A stretch of DNA of 60,169 nt, the filler included, from Hausera hauseri (Eukaryota): assembly GCA_046269625.1 (NCBI GenBank). It is 12 parts of 12 records of this genome, joined end to end, with 100 filler letters (N's around TTAATTAATTAA, not from the genome) between each part and the next. Parts side by side here need not be neighbours in the genome. Positions count along the whole stretch, not along the records: positions 10,608 to 14,827 come from JBJURY010693216.1; positions 14,928 to 19,786 come from JBJURY010413144.1; positions 19,887 to 25,104 come from JBJURY010305055.1; 9 more parts are not named here. One strand, 5' to 3'. Under the pieces are notes generated by a model. The model was not told the DNA's origin. It saw only the letters and a program-made list of their open reading frames with translations, and did not search any database. Below, piece after piece: positions 11,123-24,813 of the stretch. The translations under genes and the position numbers were made by a program. Within the stretch, counting starts at the first letter, position 1. Each line of letters begins with the position of its first letter.

Positions 11123-14100
11123 ACTTGTTAGGTGATGCACTTATTAGGTGATGCACTTATTAGGTGATGCGCTTATTAGGTGAAGCACTTATTACGTGAC
11201 GCACTTATTAGGTGACGCACTTATTAGGTGATGAGATTATTAGGTGATGCACTTATTAGGTGATGAGCTCACTAGGTGATGAGCTTATTAGGTGATGCAC
11301 TTATTAGGTGATGCACTTATTATGTGATGAGCTTATTAGGTGATGCACTTATTAGGTGATGCACCTATTATTTGATGCGCTTATTAGGTGATGCACTTAT
11401 TAGGTGATGAGCTTATTAGGTGATGTACTTGTTAGGTGATGCACCTATTAGGTGATGCACTTATTAGGTGATGAGCTTATTAGTTGATGCACTTATTAGG
11501 TGATGCACCTATTAGGTGATGCGCTTATTAGGTGATGCACTTATTAGGTGATGAGCTTATTAGGTGATGCACTTATTAGATGATAAGTTCATTGGGTGAT
11601 ACACTTATTAGGTGATGCACTTATTAGTTGATGCACTTATTAGGTGATGAGCTTATTAGGCGATGCACTTATTTGGTGATGAGCTTATTAGGCGATGCAC
11701 TTATTAGGTGATGCACTTATTAGGTGATGCAATTATTAGGTGACGAGCTTATTAGGTGATGAGCTTATTACTTGATGTACTTATTAGGTGATGAGATTAT
11801 TAGGTGATGCACTTATTAAACGATGCGCTTATTAGGTGATGCACTTATTAGGTGATTCACTTATTAGGTGACGAGCTTATTAGGTGATGAGCTTATTACT
11901 TGATGTACGTATTAGGTGATGAGATTATTAGGTGATGCACTTATTAGGTGATTCACTTATTAGGTGATTCACTTATTAGGTGATGCACTTATTAGGTGAT
12001 GAGCTTATTAGGTGATGCACTTATTAGGTGATGAGCTTATTAGGTGATGCACTTGTTAGGTGATGCACCTATTAGGTGATGCACTTATTAGGTGATGCAC
12101 TTATTAGTTGATGCACTTATTAGGTGATGAGCTTATTAGGTGATGCACTTGTTAGATGATGCACATATTAGGTGATGCACTCATTAGGTGACGAGCTTAT
12201 TAGGTGATGCACTTATTAGGCGATGCACTTATTAGGTGATGCACTTATTATGTGATGAACTTATTAGGTGATGCGCTTATTAGGTGATGCACTTCTTAGG
12301 TGATGCAATTATTAGGCGATGAGCTTATTAGGTGATGCACTTGTTAGGTGACGCACATATTAGGTGACGCACTTATTAGGTGATGAGCTTATTAGGTGAT
12401 GCACTTATTATGTGATGCACTTATTATGTGATGCACTTATTATATTATGCACTTATTAGGTAATGTACTTATTATGTGATGCACTTATTAAGTGATGAGT
12501 TTATTAGATGATGCACTTATTAGGCGATGCACTTATCGGGTGATGCACCTATTATGTGATGCACTTGTTAGGTGATGCACATATTATGTGATGCACTTAT
12601 TAGCTGATGAGTTTATTATGTGATGCACTTATTATGTGATGCACTTATCAGGTGATGCACTTATTAGGCGATGAGCCCATTGAGTGATGCACTTATTATG
12701 TGATGAGCTTATTAGGTGATGCACTTGTTTGGTGATGCACCTATTAGGTGATGCACTTATTAGGTGATGCGCTTCTTAGTTGTTGCACTTATTATGTGAT
12801 GTACTTATTAGGTGATAAACTTATTAGGTGATGAGCTTATTAGGTGATGCGCTTATTAGGTGATGCACTTATTTGGTGATGCACCTATTAGGTGATGCAC
12901 TTATTAGGTGATGAGCTTATTATGTGATGCACTTGTTAGGTGATGCATCAATTAGGTGATGCACTTATTAGGTTATGAGCTTATTAGCTGACGCACTTAT
13001 TAGGTGATGCACTTATTACGTGATGCACTTATTAGGTGATGAGGTTATTAGGTGATGCGTTTATTAGGTGATGCACTTATTACGTGATGCACTTATTAGG
13101 TGATGCTCTTATTAGGTGATGGGCTTATTAGTTGATGCTCTTATTAGGTGATGCGCTTATTAAATGACGCGCTTATTAGGTGATCCGCTTATAAATTGAT
13201 GCGCTTATTAGGTGATGCGCTAATTAGTTTATACGCTTAATAGTCGATTCACTTAGTAGATGATGCACTTTTTAAATGATGAACTTATTCGGTGATGCCC
13301 TTCTTAGGTGGTGCGCATATTAGGTGATGTCCATGTTTCTCGATGCACTTATTAGTTGATGCGCTTATTAGGTGATGCACTTATTATGTGAGGCACTTAT
13401 GAGGTGATGCGCTTAATAGGTGGTGCGCTTATTATCTGATGCCCTCGTTTGTCGAAACATTTATTCGGTGATGCGCTTATTATGTGATGCGATTGTTAGG
13501 TGGCGCGCTTATTAAATGATGCTCTTGTTTGGCGATGCACTAATTAGCTGATGCGCTTATTTCGCGATGTACGCACTACGTGATGCACTTATTAGGAGAT
13601 ACACTTATTAGGTGATGCACTTATTCTTTGATGCACTTATAGGTGATGCCCTTATTAGGTGATGCGCTGATTAGTTGATACGCTTATTAAGTGATGCACT
13701 TTTTAGGTGATACGCTTAATAGGCGATGCACTTATTATTTGATGCACTTCTTAGGTGATGCTCTTATTATGGGATGCGCTTATTAGGTGATGCACATATT
13801 AGTTGATACACATATTAGATGATGCGCTTATTAGGCGACGCACTTATTAGGCGATGTACTTATTAGGAGTTGCGATTATTATGTGATGTACTTATTAGCT
13901 GATGCGCTTATTAGATGACGCACTTATTAGGAGATGCGCTTATTTAGTGATGCACTCATTAGGTGATGCACTTATCAGGTGATGCACTTATTATATGGTA
14001 CACTTATTAGGTGAATCGCCTATTAGGTGATACGCTTATTAGCTGATGTGCATCTTAGGTGAAGCACTTACTAGGTGAGGCGCTTATTAGGTGATGCGCT

Positions 14101-14827
14101 TATTAGGTGATGCGCTTATTAGGTGATGCGCTTATTAGGTGATGCGCTTTTTGGATGATGCGCTTATTGGATGATGCACTTATTATTTGATGCACTTATT
14201 TGGTGATGCAATTATTAGGTGATGCACTTGTTTGTCGATGCACTTCTTAGGTGAAACGCCTATAAGCTGGTGCGCTTATTAGGTGATACCCTTGTTTGAC
14301 GATGTCCTTAATAGTTGATACGCTTATTAGGTGACGCACGTATTAGGTGATGCACTTATTAGGTGATACGCTTCTTAGGTGATGCACTTATTAGGTGATG
14401 CGCTTATTAGTTGATGTACGTATGTGGTACACTTATTAGGTGATGCACTTATTAATTCATGTTCTTATTAATTGATGAGCTTATGAGGTGATGCGCTAAT
14501 TTGATGATGCACTTATTAAATGATGCTCTTCTTAGGTTATGCGCTTATTAGGTATTTCTTTTATTAGGTGATGCGATTAATAGGCGATGCACTTATTAGC
14601 TGGTGCGCTTATTAGGTGATGAACTTATTAGGTGATGCACTTATTAGGTGATGCGCTTTTTAGATGATGCACTTCGTAGTTGATGCGCTTATTAGGTGAT
14701 GCCCTTGTTTCTCGAAGCACTTATTAGGTGATGCTCTAATTAAGCGATGCCCTTGTTTGTCGAATCACTTATTAGATGGTGCGCTTCTGAGTTAATGCAC
14801 TTCTTAGGTGATGCACTTCTTTGGTGG
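11123..14827 (+). repeat. 16-bp tandem satellite, consensus TTATTAGGTGATGCAC (~230 units, runs into the contig end)
   Basis: Directly visible 16-nt periodicity, with variants ...GATGAGC and ...GATGCGC. Confidence 0.98.
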
Positions 14828-17800
14828 NNNNNNNNNNNNNNNNNNNNNNNNNNNNNNNNNNNNNNNNNNNNTTAATTAATTAANNNNNNNNNNNNNNNNN
14901 NNNNNNNNNNNNNNNNNNNNNNNNNNNTAAAGAACCTTCAGTTAATAATGAATTTGGGGGGCACTGTTACCTGTCTAATGAAGAAACCTTATAACACTGC
15001 GCGCTTCAATTTTGTCCATCAGGCAGGTTATTGAAAACTACCAGTTTATAAAACAAAACAAGTTGACATAAGCAACTGTAATTTACAACATCCTGAGTAT
15101 ACGAGTAAATGATTATGCTGGTAAGTTTATAACTGAATAGAACAATTGCTTCATAGCGATAATTACGTGAGTACGCTAAGGATAGCTAATGCGGCGAAGG
15201 CAAAGACAGACGCGGAACGCAAAGAGGCAGAAAAAGCTAGCCCGCCAGATTTAGATGTCATGATGACAACTCAATTACTAAACGGTATATGGTCCAGAGA
15301 CTTGGTTAAGCAACTAATTTTAGCTGGACCAGACAATTTTGAGACTGCATTACAGTTATTTCAGAACTTAGAAATGGCACTAGATAGATGCGCTAGACAG
15401 GGTGATAGGTATGACCAAAATAATGATCGTGATAATCGGGATAGAAACCAAAACAATAGAAGATTTAACGATAATAATAAGAGTCGAGGCTATGAAAATA
15501 GAGTTCAAAATGCCGCTAATCGCAACACAAGATATGATAATGGGAACTTTAGTGATAATCAGAGCACATAATTCTTACAACAAAACAGGTTATATTTCGG
15601 ATAAGAACCAAAATAATGACCGAAGCAATAAGAACCGATATACAGATAATCGAAGTTTCGAAAATAGAAATAACGGAATCGATAAGCAAGCTCAACCAAC
15701 TCAAAACAAAATAACAGGCAGATCCAAATCACCATTGAATGAATACGGACGACAAAGGATCGGCCGAGACGGGAATCTGATTTGTTATTCATGCGGTAAG
15801 GAAGGACATATAGCTAGATCATGCCCTAATCCACGAAGCGTGTCATTTTCAGAGACCAGTAAAGCTAGCACAATAAAGGATAATTTGGAAGGAATCTATG
15901 GAAAACGAGGTGATATAAGCATGATTATCGAGATGCAGGACTTACGAAGATATATAAGAAATATGGGCGAATCTAATAATCCACAAGTAATCAAGGCCAG
16001 GAATGAATATGAAGAAAAGTTGCAGCTAATGGAAGTTTATCATGGGTTGAGAGAACCAAAAACGGAGTACAAAAATGCCAGGAAAATAAACCTAAATCAG
16101 GTAGTGGAAGAAGAAAAGCTGACTACGTCTCCAAGTGTAGACTTGGAAGCAGATACCGAGGTCGCGTCTCAAAATAAGGACAAAACAATAGACGAAGTTG
16201 AGAGCGAATTCATTGGTCCACTAATACGTAAGATAAATAAAAATAGGGGTAGAAACCCCTCACTTAGGAGAAGGTCGGGAATTCGTTTCCGATCCCCTAT
16301 TAAAAAGATTTAGAATAGAAGGAAGACTTCACCATCACCTTAAGAGATGAAACGGAGTTAAATACTCCTGTTATAAACCAAGGCGTTCCGGAAACAACAA
16401 ATATTTCGAATATCGATGAAATTAATGAAATATGTTCGTTACTTTCTAAGTTTGGAAAGATTAGAAAATTTTGGAAAAATGCAAACGAACTAACGGAATT
16501 AAGAGATGCACTGAATGATCCCGGAAGGCTACAAGAGAGACTGCAAAAGCTCCAGCAGATGAGCAAACAGTTGAATATCTCCGGAAAAGAGCAACAATTC
16601 ATAGAAAAGCTATATGAAAAGCTTAAACCCGGATTTCAGAAACAGGAAGAAAACACACCTCATGAACTCCACGAAACGTTGCAAGGCTTGATAGGAAGTT
16701 GGCAAAATAAATTAAAACTGTGGACAGGGAGCGAAACTGATTTTATGAAAATATGGTGGAATAGAAATGAGGCGTTTCCCGATCAGGTTAGTCAAGCGCA
16801 AAGACTATTAAATGCACTAAAAAGCAACCCAAAACTAAAACGCGTCAGGCGTAATTTAGAAGGACTGATATACAAGATCGAAGATGCGATAAATTCTTAT
16901 CTTCATAACAAGCCAGTATATGAACTGACTAATGTCGACCTGGAGATATTGGGCATAGGCCCAATCGATTTTCCCCCTTTAATAGCAATATTCAGCCTGA
17001 TAAAATATGGTCCTCGACGATACTCGGATTTGAAAATACGCATTGAAAGAGAAAACGAAATACGAACCAAAATCAACGACTTAAAAATTAGTGTAGTTCA
17101 CCCTGATAAAGCAGAAGCACACAGGAAAACACGTGCTTGTCTCCTCGAATTAGATGGGCATAAAGAAGAATTCAACTACATAAAGCATATCATAGCATTT
17201 GTACGAGCACCAGATCACAAACTAGAAGAAGCTGTTGGAACATTAAACGAAATAATCGACGCTAAACCTGAAATATCTAAAAAATAAGAAAGTGGATAGA
17301 CTGGTTATCTTCTTAAGTAGAGGTAATAAAGGAAAGATTAAGAGAATTTGCTATGATGGAACCTTTAATAAAACACCAATTGGAAGAAATGTTACTAGAT
17401 ATCGGTACGATGGAAGACGAAGCGAAATTGCGAATTAAATTCAAATCATTCCGAGAACTAGAATTTATGGGCAAGGGTCAAGATCAAATAACACTAACAG
17501 AAATATATAGTATGGTAAAAGAGAAGGAATTCTATAGAAAAAGAAACAAGCTAAATGATCTCCAGCGGAGACTAGCGAACATTCGTTGGGAAGGGATACA
17601 GAACCTAATGCAGAAACCATTGAAGGAAATCTCAGCACAAGAAATAGAAACATTAAAATTAATAAAAAAAAGAATCCAGCAGAATGGACACCAGGTTTCG
17701 ACCTATACTGCCACACCGAACTAACGGAAATTAAGAAGGATCCTCAGTTGACGTGCGATGAAGCCAAGTTTATAGGCAGGCTAATGGACGCAATATATCC

Positions 17801-18564
17801 AGATGCCAAAGTAATAAACCAAACGCACAAATTAATCCTACTATTAACAGAAATGGCAGAAATTGACGAGGTAGTAGCCGAACGGCTAATAAATCGAATA
17901 CGCCTTTCAAAAGAAATCCGGTTAAGCTCCTAGAAAAGACAGTGCGAGCTAAACGAATTATTGAGAGAAACAGAAGTTTATAAGAACAAGTACTTCGTCA
18001 CGGAATCTGAAATTAATGACAAAATAGAATTTACGCAAAGATGGCAGAGACAGAATCGCGGAAATAACTATCTATCAAGAGAAAGCCTTAATACAACCAG
18101 AAGAAATGTGCCGACTAATAAAAATGATACAACAAGCCTGCGGAAACGGGGATGGACTTAGGATATCCATAATGAAAACATTGCAACCACGGATAAGAGA
18201 ACTACGCGAAAGAGTCCAGGTTGGCCACGCGGCATTAGAGAACTACGGGTTACCGGACGCGGATAATGATGCCGAGTGGGATGAATACCTCCAAGGTTTA
18301 AACCAGCAAAGTCAAAGAACTCCAATGCAAATTTTTGAGTCACCTATTGGCACCCAGAAGACAAACTTCGACGTGCAAATGCTACTTGATCCCACGCTAA
18401 CTGAAAAGGAACTGAGCAGTGCATTGAAAATAAACATAAGCGAAGGTAGGTTAAGTAAATTGATTCCAACCTTAAGCAAACAATCCAGTGAAAACACCGC
18501 ATACAGCGCTGTACTCAAGCTCCTAATAAGAGAATACTCCAAACTGTTGAAAAATAAACCAGAA

Positions 18565-18795
18565 GTGGAAATTAGAGTGAAAGTATGACACGAATGGATG
18601 GACGACGAAGAAATTGAGTGCACTACCTATACCACCGTCGGGGATATAAAACAGCGGATAATGGATAAGGATGGTAGGAAAGGAGTTAATTATCGACCCT
18701 ATTTCAGGAGCAGGATATTAGACGAGCTAAAATCCTTGACAGACGTAAAGTTTATACCCCTCGAAGAAAATCAAATAATAGCAATAATCGTCAGC
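18565..18795 (+). CDS. Ubiquitin-like domain within the retroelement polyprotein
   Basis: VEIRVKV*...EIECTTYTTVGDIKQRIMDKDGRKGVNYRPYFRSRILDELKSLTDVKF matches the beta-grasp pattern (TV.D.K..I...G....RL.F.G+.L+D..SL.D); one internal stop. Confidence 0.6.
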
Positions 18796-19489
18796 GAGCA
18801 AACCAAAGATGAGGCCATGAGAAAGGCACATACAGAGCACTGCGTTGGAAGAATCATGGGGATTCAGGATGCTGCACTGTATTTCGAATACTTACAGACT
18901 GATGATGACAAACCGCAGTACGATAGGAACTTAGTCCCTCTAAGTAAAACCTTACCGCCGATGAAAGCGAAACGACCGGTCGAGAGACCAAGAAAAATAA
19001 AAGAAATTGACTATAATGCAGATCTAATTAGAGAATTGAGACAACTATTGGTACCAACCCCAAGCTCAAATAACGAAGAACTAATTGAGCAAATTAAAGA
19101 CCTAATTAGGATAGTCAATTATACCGGACTCCAAGGCGACATATTATCCGAGAAGGAAAGACTAATATATAATATAGGCCGGACAATGAAGACCTCACGA
19201 TTTAAATTATCTAAAAGCACCCTCCCTGACAAAACAGTAATTTATAGAATTATGATAGACAATACGATGGAAGAATTAAGGAAAGTCTTGATATATTTAG
19301 AAGTAAGAACTAACCCACTTCAAGAAAACGAATTCGACAAAACAATTGGGTTAGCTAAAAAAGCTGCAAGAAGGGAATCTAAAGAAATAAAATGGACTAA
19401 ATTATTCAAAAAAGAAGAAAATACAAAACGGGCTAATACGTTAGAGGACATGATACGAAATATCTCCCCGAACAATGGAAACGAACCCA

Positions 19490-19786
19490 ATTGGTTAATC
19501 AACTTGTTGACGATAATGATGCTAGTAAAGCAGATAGGATTAGTCACTATATACAAATGCGACAAATTTAAGGTGGGTCAGAAATATTCCTTGATGGACT
19601 TAGAAACATGCGAAGATGCGAGGCCTCATAAGCTCGAGACAGCAGAAAAAAATACATACTATATCAAGAGCGTGTATTAATCTCAATGGATGCAACGGAA
19701 TGCATGGTACGGAGATCCCGCAGCATATTTCATTGTGGTAATATACACGGTCATTCTTCAATAATCAAACCAACCACACCACTAAT
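19490..19786 (+). pseudogene. Envelope glycoprotein N-terminus (herpes gB/chuvirus-like class III fusogen type)
   Basis: Hydrophobic signal WLINLLTIMMLV followed by IYKC, SLMDLETC and (after a frameshift) YQERVLISMDATECMVRRSRSIFHCG; homologous to 57860-58330. Confidence 0.6.
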
Positions 19787-20077
19787 NNNNNNNNNNNNNN
19801 NNNNNNNNNNNNNNNNNNNNNNNNNNNNNNTTAATTAATTAANNNNNNNNNNNNNNNNNNNNNNNNNNNNNNNNNNNNNNNNNNNNGGCATGAACATTCT
19901 TTTGATTTGTCACAACTTTTGGTATGGTTAAATATACTAATACTATACAAACAACTTGGTTGATTACCACATGAAACATTACTTGCATAACATTTAAGAG
20001 CTTGTATTAACGTGTGCGACTGATTAGTTCTATCTGTCTGTTATCTAACGTCGCAATCTTATTGTGCCGTTTCGAGG

Positions 20078-20935
20078 TGGAAGATCAGGGCCCGCCTATG
20101 TGCCAGACGCGTCGGCAGCGGACACCCGACTGTGCCCAACCAAATGGGCCAAAGGGCACCGATCGCTGTGGGCATTACATCACTCCCCCCTCCGTGGCAA
20201 AGTGAAAACTATAAAGAGTAAAAGGGCAGAGAGAAAAAAATCGCAAAACGAAAAGTGTCTGTGTCAGCTGAGCTCAGTGTGAATAAGACGTTGGGTACCT
20301 TCAACTGATTTCTCCCTGCTATATTTGCTAAATGTGACTCTGCGTGTTGTATCTTTATGCGGTGTGTTTGTTTGCAGACATTGAGGTTAGGGAAAAAATA
20401 TGTTAGATTGTGGTGTATGTGTTGTGTCGTGCGAAGATAAGTCGGAATAAAGAGAAGAAGAGGGCGAAGAAAAAAGAGAAATTGCAGAAGGCGGATGGTT
20501 AAAGGCATTGAAAGGAGTGTTAGAAGACGAAAAGTGATAAAAGGTGTAGTGGCGGATAAATGAAGAGAGAAAAGGGTTGGATTAAAAATTGTAATTGAGT
20601 TGGATGTAAGAGTGCAAGAGGAAGATGAAACAGAGGGAGTGGTGGAGATAAGAAGAGTGGTAGGAATAAAAGTAGAATGTTTAGAAAATGAGGCAGGATT
20701 AGGAGCGGAAGGGGGAGATGGAACAGGTGTAGCAATAGATATTGGAATAACAGGGAATGTGGGAGTGGGAAAAGAGGTTGACGTGTAGGTTGGTAAAGTG
20801 TAGTCGACGAAGAAGGCGGGCTTTAAGTTGGTAATACGCAATGTAAGTTCTTTGCCATCTTTAGAGATAATGGCGTTGTGTAAGTGCAGTTGTATCAGTT
20901 TATAGGGTCCCAGGTACCTGATTCTTTAGCCATAC
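20078..20935 (-). mobile_element. Gypsy 3' end: integrase GPY tail, S/P-rich extension, PPT and 3' LTR head (copy B)
   Basis: GPYKLIQ...LRITNLKPAFF; PPT GGAGGGGGGAGTGA (20193-20180) directly followed by TGTAATGCC at 20179. Confidence 0.88.
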
Positions 20936-23900
20936 GAATTATGCCGATGTTGAGGTTTATTACATTTCAACCAATGTGAACATTCCTTTAATTCGGTACA
21001 TTGTGTTTATCACCTTTTGGTACATTGTATTTACATTGGTACATTGTATTTACATTTACCACCTTCAACCATGTGAACACTTCAATTATATGAATAAATT
21101 CCTTCAATCTTGTGTATATTGTATTTACAAAGTTTATTTTGTATCTTCGAAATATTTATCTTTCTAGCCTCATTGTAAGCCTCTGATGGCGTTCCTTTTT
21201 TATGGCTGTTACATGTACTGGATTGTAACCATAGCAATTGGTGTTATAAGGGGATTGATCATGTGGGTAATAGTACAACAACAATGGAGTTACACAAATG
21301 CAAATCAATGCAAAAATGCAAATTATGTATTAATATTTTAAAAAGTACAAATCTTGTTGTAAAAATCGTCGCATTGAATTTCGAAAATTACCATCTGCAT
21401 TGAGTAGCGGTAGGCGAATTTCAATAATTAGATTCAGAAAACACCGTCTGTGTGAATTGACGGTAAATGGATTTTGATAATTGGAATCAGAAAACACCAT
21501 TCGCATGATTCACATTAATAATCCGAGTATAAATAAACAGAACCATTCATAAAAAATAACACAAAAACTTTAGTTATACCTAATCTTTACATTTGATTAA
21601 ATCAGTGACAGGTTAGCTGCTGAGTTCAATTTAGAAGTTGTAATTTATTCCTTCTATTGACAGTTTAAACAGGAATCGTTCGAAGAGAAAATCACATCGA
21701 CGAATATTTTGATCAAGAACAAACGAATAAATACCTTCTTCACTTCAACACAATTTATACTCTTGCTCTGAAATATCATTACTAATATGGCAGAAGGACG
21801 TTCACAAGAAGTAAATGATCAAGACCCACGTGGTAATAATTCACTTGTATATTGCTAATTGCTAATTTCGTGTTGTTATTGTAAATTTTTCATATAATAA
21901 TAAATGTATTTAAAATTAAATGGAGGTTAATGGTTGGAAGGATATATCCTTCATATTATTAATACTAATTGGAAAAGAAAAAGCGAGGTGTTTGATGGTG
22001 AACAGAATAAACGAATGGGTGATCTCTTGAAGTCTACGAGGGCCTGACCGGTATAATGAAGGGACGAAATAATGCTGACCGAACTTTTATCATTTGCTGA
22101 GGATTGGAAATGTCAGAATTATGATGAATCCACCCAGACATTTGTTAGTATGCTTAATTCAGAACGATTTAATGATTTTGTTTACATGTGATCAAAATCT
22201 TCAGAAGTTATTTTTTGGGACATATTGATATAAGTTGAATTCGTTTATTATAACCCTTTTATATATCCTTATATTAGGAATACATCAAGAGACGATTGAT
22301 ACCGATGAGATAATACTGATGCGTGAATATATAACAGTATCACCTGAGTCTATTGCGAAATCGGCGGCATTATATTTGCGTGGCATTTAGATTTAGGAAA
22401 TTGCATGATATCCCCATTTACAGCATAATTCGTGGAAACGATAACTTTCAAGATCTGGGAGTATATTGTTATCATAATATAAATTAGAACATGTTTCCGT
22501 GCATAAGGTGAACGATGATCTCCCTGTCGGCGGGGTAATGGAATAGATTGTGTGATCAAGGTTAATTTAGGCTGCGGCTTGTCGATAATGATATATTAAT
22601 GCATTTATATTTGTATATTATAATCGTTCCAATGGTAGTTAATTTTGTAAATAACATAACTTTTATTAAATACATGTTTCGAAGATGTCGAAGACATTGT
22701 TGTTTGATAATAATTTTTTTTAGAAGAGATCTGGATAGTGCTTAAGTTAGATTAATGATAATTGTGTAGGATCTGACCCAACAGTAGAAAGGAACAACCA
22801 CAGGATCATGAAGACTTTAACATTAGTAATTGAATAGAAGGAAGAACGTCAAAGTAAAGTTTAGAACAACAGAATGTCGAATGTATAAGGAAACAAACTA
22901 ATGAAATGTAAACATCATGAAGGTTCATCGTAAAGGATGTGGTAACACACGTTTTACAAGTATAAAACAACTTGAAACCATAAGAGGCTTTTAGGAGCAA
23001 TAAAGTAAAAGGGATATTTAAAACACAATTCAATACTTTATTAAACAGAAACTCATGAAAGATTCGTGGAAGTATATAACATTTATACGATTTATAGAAT
23101 GTTAAAAGATTGAAAAAACACGACCATTATACGAACCATATGAGGTGGCCTCCAAGGTGGTATAATGGTCCACTAAGACGTTATGAAGACAGTTTGTCAC
23201 GACGTCATGAAGACGACTCGATGGTATCGTTATCGGTACCACACTCGGTTACATAGGCTGAACACAAGGAAGAAATTCATAAGAATTACACAATTGACGT
23301 ACGGACGAAATAGTTTCGGTCATTAAAGAATAAAGTAAATTCCTCATAGATTATGATATGAGTTATATTGAATAACATTATGATTAACTAACGACGATAA
23401 AAACCCGAAACCCTATTTTAATCATATGAATTAAATTTAAAGATCGATCAAACCTTGAAGAAATTCACTTGATGCTTTAGTAGAGGGATGAATAGATTAT
23501 TTAAATTTTCATGTAATAGTTATCAAGTATAACAATTATGGATTTGGTTGATATAGTAATAGAATGCCGAATATGACATTGAGACGGACGTAATGCCGGA
23601 AAGGTTAATACTTAATATAACACCAATATCAGAATCAAGTAAGTTGCTGTTCACTATTACATCATTGACGTAAGATAGAGATATCCATTGAAGTGTTTAT
23701 ATATATATGTATGTATAGGTATGAATGTACTTGACCGTTTGTTTTTGTCTTATTGAATAGAACATAGATTTTATGAAGTGTTTGATGAAGGGATTGACTA
23801 TAGCGAGCTACGAACCTGTGTACTGGTTAATCTGTTCAAGTTAGTGCATACAATTCGTGGAATGCCATGTGTCGTTTAATTAATATCCACTTAACAAACC

Positions 23901-24513
23901 TAAACCATTTTTTATTCGTCCAGAATACTTAGTATATACATACTATTTTATAGTAATGGTAAAATCATTAATTTATCCTTTCATTTGCGTATGTACCCGA
24001 TGTTAGAATAAAATAAATCAAATAATTAAAATAGTTATCACGAGTATATAATCAATATTATTAGAAGAAAGGAAGGAATTAGAAGGATACAGAAGAAAAC
24101 AGAAATTAATTAAAAATCCAAAAAATTGAGGTGCCCATGAAGAATTGATCATCGTACATCTTCGTAGTGTCGTTGGATCGATCATATGAATATAAGCAAG
24201 ACCTTGCAAAACATACTAAAGAACTCACTAAGCCTTTGGATATTATGAAATAAAAGTAAATTGCCTAAACGATAGAGAAATGAACAACACAATAGAGTTT
24301 AATTTTATCAAGCAAATCAGATTCACATCTTATTTATATGTTAGGTACTAATTAAGGTTTAAACTGACCCCTGTACCACTAACATATAAACTGGTGCCCC
24401 GAGTGAGGAGCACGTAATGGTTATAAGGATTTGGATTTAAGGAATGAAGCATCAAGATAAACGAATTGATACTCTATTGTCAAATATATTTAGCACCATA
24501 GCGAATTTTAGTT

Positions 24514-24813
24514 TTGGTAATTTTAGGAACAACACCTTGTGATATATGCTTTGGACCCCTCGGGAGAAAATATGCTTTGCTGAGATGCACTCATATAATG
24601 TGCACTCGTTGCGCCGATAAATGGCTGATGAAGAACCAGACATGCCCGTTCTGCAGAAGAAGAACCACATCTTATCAGTGTTGGGGAACCACCGTAGTGG
24701 TAATCCCGGATGAAGAAGAAAGTGGAACAGAAGAAGATGAGGAAGTAATGCCAGAAGATCAGCACGATCTGTATGTGTATGGACCTAACAGAATCGTGTA
24801 CATGCCAATTTGA
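24514..24813 (+). CDS. Small RING-finger (C3HC4) protein with acidic tail
   Basis: CDIC-x11-CTH-x2-CTRC-x10-CPFC, then DEEESGTEEDEE; AATAAA just after the stop; start codon uncertain. Confidence 0.75.
   Translation: MVILGTTPCDICFGPLGRKYALLRCTHIMCTRCADKWLMKNQTCPFCRRRTTSYQCWGTTVVVIPDEEESGTEEDEEVMPEDQHDLYVYGPNRIVYMPI

Larger units (their letters stand above)
15146..19786 (+). mobile_element. Retroelement-like polyprotein region: gag (CCHC) - long helical ORF - ubiquitin-like - env-like (broken by stops and frameshifts)
   Basis: Gag-like LLNGIWSRDLVKQLILAGPDNFETALQ; zinc knuckle CYSCGKEGHIARSC at 15783-15824; near-contiguous + strand ORFs to the contig end; env-like TIYKCD..YSLMDLETC...ECMVRRSRSIFHCG. 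Confidence 0.75.

Noticed and set aside
11123-14827. CRISPR-like array
   Set aside because: Contiguous 16-mers with no unique spacers and no cas genes, in a eukaryotic context.
20078-20179. LTR head as a hammerhead or HDV ribozyme
   Set aside because: CTGATC...GAAAC lacks the CUGANGA core, no HDV nested pseudoknot could be built, and no clear covariation was seen. A cmsearch would settle it.
20209-20841. Long S/P/L/F-rich ORFs (also 34528-35019, 45025-45465, 56089-56580) as separate genes
   Set aside because: They are frameshifted Pol tails or antisense shadows of purine-rich coding strands.
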